Shown here: positions 57,601 to 64,000 of the stretch, one piece after another | How the letters are laid out: each line of letters starts with the position of its first letter | Numbering within the stretch: the stretch's first letter is position 1 | Assembly: GCA_951804945.1 (NCBI GenBank) | Contig: OX638152.1 | Span: 53,258,001-53,322,000 of the forward strand | From: Podarcis cretensis | Taxonomy: Eukaryota | Length of the DNA: 64,000 bases | Reading direction: 5' to 3' | Program-made: the position numbers and the translations under genes | The notes under the pieces: model-generated | What the model was told of the DNA's origin: nothing | Database searches by the model: none | Seen by the model: the letters and a program-made list of their open reading frames with translations, nothing else

Positions 57601-60600
57601 CTTTTCTTTGCAAGACTAAGATCACTTCAAAGGGTCCCAGAGTATCCTGATGTAAAAAAAAAAATGCTCCGAAACCCTGATTTAGAAGGTTTTAAACTTT
57701 CTTTATTTAGAAGTAATATTTGTTCTTTTTATTGGGATTTACTTTCAAGTGAAAAATGATTAGGACTGTAGCCCAAGAAATGGCAAGTTGCCTGTCACTT
57801 TCCTTTCTCATCCTCACAGTCATGCTTACAGATGGCTGAGTGCACATGCTCACCTTGCCAATGAAGTGTGTCCCTCCTTCACCTGATGCCCTGCTCCCTC
57901 TGAGCATTGAGAGAAGGTGAAAGGTGGTTCCAGTTCCTGATAGTTTTGTGGCAAAGCCCTCCCTTGCCTCACCATGACCCTCACCTGCCCTAGGTGTACT
58001 GCTTGCTGGGCCATTCGTTGCTGGCTGAAAATAGGTAGGCTGCAGCCCTTTAAAGAGCCCCTCTACACTTTGCTCTCTCCACATCTGGATGGAACATGAG
58101 AACGGCCTCATCCTCAATGCATTCTATGGGTCTGCCAAAGCAGTAACTGGTCTTGGGTGTATTTCCTGCCTTTGAAATACTTTCTTTCATGCAGAATAAG
58201 TATTGCAGATACTGAGGCTCGGTGCCAGTTTCTGTATAGGATGTTCTTCAGTGTCCACCCCCACTGCCCCACCATGCCCTCCTTTATCCTCACAAGTAGT
58301 TATCCACTTGCCCAATTGGTACCAACTCCTCATCCCTAGAGGGGGGGGAAGGGGGGGACTTCCGGCCCTTGCTCTTCTCACTGCTTGCTTGCTTGCTTGG
58401 ACTGTGCAGGTGAATGGGCAGGTAACAGCAAGGAGATTCAGCAGCAGGGTCAGGAGGGTTGGCTGTGGGCCCCTTGCTGGGGTGTTGGCCTTGATCATAG
58501 CAATATTTGATGCCAGCTCTATGGAAAGAGATTGCCATTATTACCCAGGTCTGCATTTATGACTGCAGAACTGTCCCACCCTGGTGGGATGCTACTGTGT
58601 GTAGTGTAGTGTTTTGTTTTATTTGCCTGGCATTAAGATTCTCTTTGGGTTGTCTGGTCAAATGTATGAGCCTTGGCTCTCCCTGGCCAGCTCTTCACTT
58701 CACTCAGGTTGGACTACATGAGTATAAAGCACAGAAGCTTCAAGTCAATTGAGAGAGGGCCAGGAACATTGAGAGAGGGCCAGGAATACCACTATTCTTG
58801 GCAAAATACAAAGGAGATGGGAGGACAGGGGAAAGAACAGGCTCCACCTCCAGGTATTCCATGAAGAAAAGTGACTACCTTCACTGCCATGGGTGTATAC
58901 ATTTTTCTTTCTATCTGAGTACAAAATGTAAAATGAAAAGCAGGTCTCTGATAACATCCCCGTTTCTGAGTGCCTTACAATGCAAAACATTGTTTAAAAA
59001 TCTACTGACACTGAAACAATGCTGTTTAACTCTGTTGATGCTGTTTCATTATGTTTTTTAACTTTGCGTGGGAAATAGGAAAAATAGCATGCGCAAATTA
59101 TCAGTGTACAATCTTTCTCCTTCCTCTGTTGAACTCTTGTTATTTGCAAATAAACAAGACTTTCACTGATCCTAGCATGGCCCCTCAAGAGATATTTTGA
59201 ATGAGCTGCCTGTACATCTGTTTTGATCTGGCCAATAGGGAAAGGGGAGAACAACCATTCAAGTTCCCACTTGTCCCTTGACAAGTGAGAGGCAATGGAG
59301 CCTGAGCCTGCCAAAGAGCAGTTTAAAAGAGCTGCAGTGGCATAATGGGTGATGCAAGACAGCTTGAAAAGGACCAAAGGGCCGAACCAATTGGAAGTGT
59401 CCTTTTTTGATACTCTCCTTTGTCAAATGATGGAGCATGTGAAGGGTGTGTATGTGGCTAATAAATAACTCTTTGGCAATATTCTCAGAAAGCTTTTCAA
59501 CAGCCCCTGCAGATACAGATCTACAAGACAGAACCTGAGTGGTCTATCCAGGAACTGAAGTAGAACTGCCATCCCTGAGGTCAATGCAAATCTGATGTTT
59601 CACCCTAAATGAGCTCCTGTTGAGGCTTGCTGATCTTGTGCACTTCTCCTGAAGCACTGTTGCTAGAGACTCCTGCATAGAATCCTCTGCTTTGCCATTC
59701 ACCGACGTTAGCAGCAATAGCTTCTGACAACTTTAGTTTAGGAATTTAACTTAAGGATATGGGAGCACTTTTGCCTATGTATGTGAACCAGGTCTCTGAT
59801 GTATTCAGTATGGTCTGCTTTCTACACTAAATGTAATGCGACATTGACTTCTTGACAATGCCAGTGTGCCCTTTTAAAACAAGTTTCTAAGCCTCATGAT
59901 TGTTATGGAGAACAAATATTGCAGGGCTGGAGACCAAAGAGGCATTTGTTGTGTGTCTCAAGAGACGGGACTTCAGCATCCTGCACATCTGACCCTCCAT
60001 AGAACATCAGATTCCCAATCTAGTGTTTCCACAAGCACATTCCTGTCATCCTTTCTCCAACCCATTCTTTGCCAAAATGTTTAATATTCCACAAAAACAA
60101 AATGCAGATATTGTAATCAGAACAAACAGTTTTGAGTTCCTCCATAAATGACTATGAGATTTTAGCTCTGCCTACTGTGCATGAAATGTAGAGTCAAGAC
60201 TTAGCTGTGTGAAATCTGAAAAGCAGAACTTCATGAGCTATTAATGTCTCCACAGAGTACAGTGCCTGAGTGAAGCAATCCACATACCAATACATTGCCA
60301 GTTTTTCTTATCAAAATCTCACGACTATTTTTATTCCCTTCGTTGTGTAAAAGTGTGGACTTACTGTAATAACATTACGGATGTTTTAAATGCCACCTGG
60401 AGGGATAAAATTTCTTTCCTATCAAGTCTAGGTGACTTATTAAACAAATAAAATGTACCTGCACACATGAAGCAATGGGAGACGGTTGTTTTTAAGCCAT
60501 TTTTAGAACTGAATAGTGTAATTGTTGGTGAAACTTGCTTAGATACTGGAATAGGAATTTGCAGGATCAAAGTAGCAGTTAAGATGCTCGGGAACTCATT

Positions 60601-61099
60601 CAAAAGTTTGCATAGCTGATATTCTCTAGGGAATACTGGGCTTCTTTGTACATGGGAACTTCTGGTTCCAAGCAATTTGAAACCTAAACTGTCACAGATT
60701 TAGGACCAAATTCTTCAAAGTCCTGAGGGCATGCTGCTGAGAAGAGTATCTCAAACTATGCTGCCTTTAAACCGTGTTGCCAGCACACAGGTGTCAGAGA
60801 GCGCTTTACATGCAGACTGTACACACAGTGAATGCTTAATAGATTCTGGTCCTAATTCCAATTGGAGGGAGGTGGATGGGAAAGAAAGGCAAATAGTCAG
60901 AGGAACTAGTTCTCTACATTTTGACATCTGGCTCTATGTTTCTGAAGCGGGCTCCTCCAATAGAAGAAGCTGTACCTGCCAACCTTTTCCTGTCAATATT
61001 ATATTAACAGTAACAACACAGAAGCTCCCTTCTTCTGGAAGAAGTTGGCAACTCAGTTGTGCACATTTTTTTTTACAGAGTAAATTACTTTGTCTATGT

Positions 61100-61436
61100 C
61101 AGGGGTGGGGGAACATTTCAGCCTTGAGGCCACATTATGATTTGGGCAACCTTCCAGGGGCCACATTCCTGTGGTGAGCAGGGCCATGGATGTGAATTTT
61201 ACCTTTTGTACAGTAAGCTGGTTTCTCTACACACTCGCACATCCCTCTTTAATCTTCCATTCAGACAAGTCAGAAGCATTTTCAGTGTTTGAGGAGACAT
61301 TCTAGGCAGGTAAAAGTACTCAAGGAAGGTGCAGAGCAAGGCTTCTGAGGTGTGGCCCTGTGGAGAGTCCTGAGGGTCAGATAATGAGTTCTGGAGGGCT
61401 GCTTTTGGCTCCTTGGACCTGAGGGTCCCCATCCTT
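61100..61436. mobile_element. Non-autonomous hAT-like element (related copy ~62775-63100)
   Basis: cagggGTGGGGAAC ... gtccccatcc ends; shared internal sequence with 62775-63100. Confidence 0.55.
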
Positions 61437-61599
61437 CATCTACATAAACAGCCACATTTCTTCAGGGTTAGCTCTCTCACCCTGGGGAGATTAGTCATCA
61501 GTTTATCATGAATGGAAGAGGATACAGCTGTGTGGTGCTGGTTAAGTGCTAATTTGTAACTAACCTAAGTCTTGCTCTCCATGAAAATATAATAACAAC

Positions 61600-61850
61600 A
61601 ATAATAATGTATTTCTTACATACCCCCCTCATGTGGGTGGGTTGCCCCAGCCACGCTGGCTGGCTTCCAAGAAAAGTAATATGATTGCTTATCTCTTTGA
61701 CATCCAGCAGAAGGGTGTTTCACAGGGCAGGCACAACTACTGAGAAGGTCCTCTGCCTGGTTCCCTGTGGCTTCACTTCTCTAAATGAGGGAACTGCCAG
61801 AAGGCCCTCAGAGCTGGGCCTCAGTGTCTAGGCTGAGCAATGCAGGTGGA
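61600..61850 (-). mobile_element. L2-clade LINE 3' fragment, diverged copy of 25916-26214
   Basis: Shared ccccagccac..ggcttcca, actactgagaagg..ctctgcctggttccctg, gccagaaggccctc. Confidence 0.7.
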
Positions 61851-63865
61851 AACGCAATGTATCTTGTTGGGACGACAAGAACAAATTTTAATGTTGCACA
61901 CCAAGGAATAGTAGACTAGAATGTGTTGTCCTTCTGTTTTGTACTCCATGCCAATTTAAAAGTAATGGAAAAATATGGATTTGGTGAGTCACATCTGGAA
62001 TAAGGAACAACAGTAAAAAAAAATTTTTTTTGATGTTTTCCTGACACACCATAAACTAAAAGGCTTCAAAGTTTTATAATGCATTGTGTGTAGAAATTAA
62101 TGAGAAATATATATCTGTTTTTATAAGAATTACTATGAAATTGCCAATGTTGACTTGGTTTGTGCCTTTTCATGGGGGAGTTTGGCTCTAAATAAAATAC
62201 AAGTAATTTTATAGACTTAACACTGACAATTTGCCATGTTAGTCGAAGTGTGTTTTAAAATTTTACTGATACGTTCAAAGGAACGTCGGAGCGGGTGAAA
62301 AGTGCATGCATATTGAAAAGCAACATTCCTAGGGCTGATATTTAGCAAACTCAGGCTTTAATTATACATCTATTTTTAAAAAAACCAAAATGTAGAGGTA
62401 TTTTAATTTTATGTGTGATAATGGCCAGGGGTGGTGCTATTCAATGGCAGTCCTACTCAGAGTAAGCCCATTGAAGTTAATGGATAAACCTATCATTTCT
62501 TAATGATTTTTTGGAATTCACTACCACAAGATGAGATTACCACTGGTTTAGATGGCTATAAAACTGGATTAGGAAAATTCACAGAGGATATGACTCTGAG
62601 TGGATATTTTCCATGATAGATAAAAGGAAATGTCATGTTCAGAGACACTTTGTCTCTAAATACAAGCTGCTGGTCCAACACAGAGTAGCGGAGGGCTATT
62701 GCCTTTGTGCTTTTCTTGTGAACTTCCTGGAAGTTCCTGGAAGACAAACCCATGTGTCTGTGTGCATCTAGTGTAGGTATGGGAACCGCAGGCCCAGGGC
62801 AGAATGTGGTCCTCCAGGCCTCTCTATCTGGCCCTCAGAGCTCTCCCTAGCCACACCCCTCTTTGCCCTCTCTTGGAGTGTGTTTGCCTGAATTGAATAT
62901 GTCCCTAAACTCTGATAATGCTTCTCTGGATGGAGATCTAAGAGGGGTGTGTCAATGAATAAAAACTAGCCTAATGTACAAAGACAAAACCTACTTTTGT
63001 TGCTCTGCCCACTTTCGCGTCCCCCACCCCAAAAGTTGCCCAGAAGGGAATGCAGTTTCCAGGCTGAGAAAGGTTCCCCTGTCCTGTTCTAGTGGGTGCA
63101 GTTCTATGAATCGGGCACACAGTGCAGAAGCAAAATCCTCTCATTTTAGTGGGCACAATTCCACAATATGTTTTTGGTTAAGCCTGAATACATGAAATAC
63201 TAGATGAGTAGAAATGAGTGAATCTTTTTTTTTTTTTTTACATCCTACTTGGCTCTCGCGCAGCTGGAAAATTACTGAGGGAGGGATATGGTTGATTAAC
63301 TGATATGAAGTTTAAAGATTCAAATAAGCATTGCCACATTTAGCATTCTCTTTCCACGGGCCAGAAAACCATCTAATTCTCTACATTAAACAAAAAGAAA
63401 CACTCAGTAGACTACTGCAGATCACATAATGCAAACCAGTGCTTTGCCCTCTGTCTCGCCAGTTTACAAGAGAGAAACAAAAAATAAAACGCTTATAGCA
63501 ACTTTGACATAAAGCTGCCTTTTTTGTAACTTTCTCAGGAAATCTGTAGCAGAGCAGAGAACTTAATACAGGCTATGGCAACAGGTTTATTTATTTATTT
63601 TACTTTGGCAAATTTTCTGTCGTAAGGATAAAACTAGATTAAATGGGAGGAAACTACGGGCTGGCATTTTGATGCAAAATGACAAAAATATCCATGCAGG
63701 AACAGCACCAATCCCACAATAAACAAGAGTTTGGAAGTGCTCAAGAGTCTTGAGGCATGGGTTAAACCTTTTGTAACCAAGCCAAGCGATGACTGCAGCT
63801 TTCATTTTAACATTTGGGGGAAAGCTATTTCCTCATTAAATGTAACACAGGTAAATGTTTTCTAG

Positions 63866-64000
63866 GTTATCTAACCAAACTTCTGCAAAACCACACTGCG
63901 TATGCCTGTGATGGTGATCGCTTGAGTCTGCAGTGTCCTCGACATTCAACAATAAGTGTCCAATCTGCATATTACGGGCAAGCTTACCAGTTGTGTAGTG
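63866..64000 (+). CDS. EVA1C: EVA1C exon 2 (partial), start of SUEL/rhamnose-binding lectin domain YLTKLLQNHTAYACDGDRLSLQCPRHSTISVQSAYYGQAYQLCS
   Basis: ttttctag| acceptor, in phase with exon 1; ACDG..L.L.CP...I.V.SA.YG SUEL motif; truncated by window end. Confidence 0.95.

Noticed and set aside
57707-58117. Minus-strand ORF with WREQSVEGLFKGLQP, resembling a mitochondrial-carrier (SLC25) motif
   Set aside because: The similarity covers only ~15 aa, with no transmembrane helices or PX[DE]XX[KR] motif nearby. Probably chance; BLASTX would settle it.
1429-58787. Short tandem duplications at 1429-1462, ~43367-43412 and ~58748-58787, as possible array-like elements
   Set aside because: Two-unit slippage duplications with no spacers, in eukaryotic DNA. 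Not CRISPR-like.

Overview
Vertebrate genomic DNA, almost certainly from a squamate and probably a lacertid lizard (inferred from Sauria/Squam1-type SINEs, BovB, L2, CR1 and lizard-type MITEs). Two genes lie head-to-head, as in the mammalian URB1-EVA1C synteny block. URB1 (Npa1 homolog, 60S ribosome biogenesis) is on the minus strand. Its ATG is at 38611, and I traced 30 consecutive GT-AG coding exons with consistent phases down to 2276 (about 4975 nt, about 1658 codons). The remaining 3' exons lie left of the window. EVA1C (SUEL-lectin membrane protein) is on the plus strand, with coding exon 1 at 44931-45060, an 18.8 kb intron 1, and exon 2 from 63866 past the window end. Each gene has its own CpG island. 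Introns carry many transposon fragments, several with intact TSDs, plus microsatellites and two assembly gaps. I found no convincing new multi-gene system. The best leads are small cis-features: an ATG-TGA start-stop and complementary (GA)n/(CT)n tracts upstream of EVA1C, AG|GT and tandem splice sites, an 18-bp direct repeat bracketing 2.4 kb, a triplicated intronic segment, and hAT MITEs whose TIRs co-vary. Comparisons to mammalian proteins and repeat families are from memory, not from database searches.
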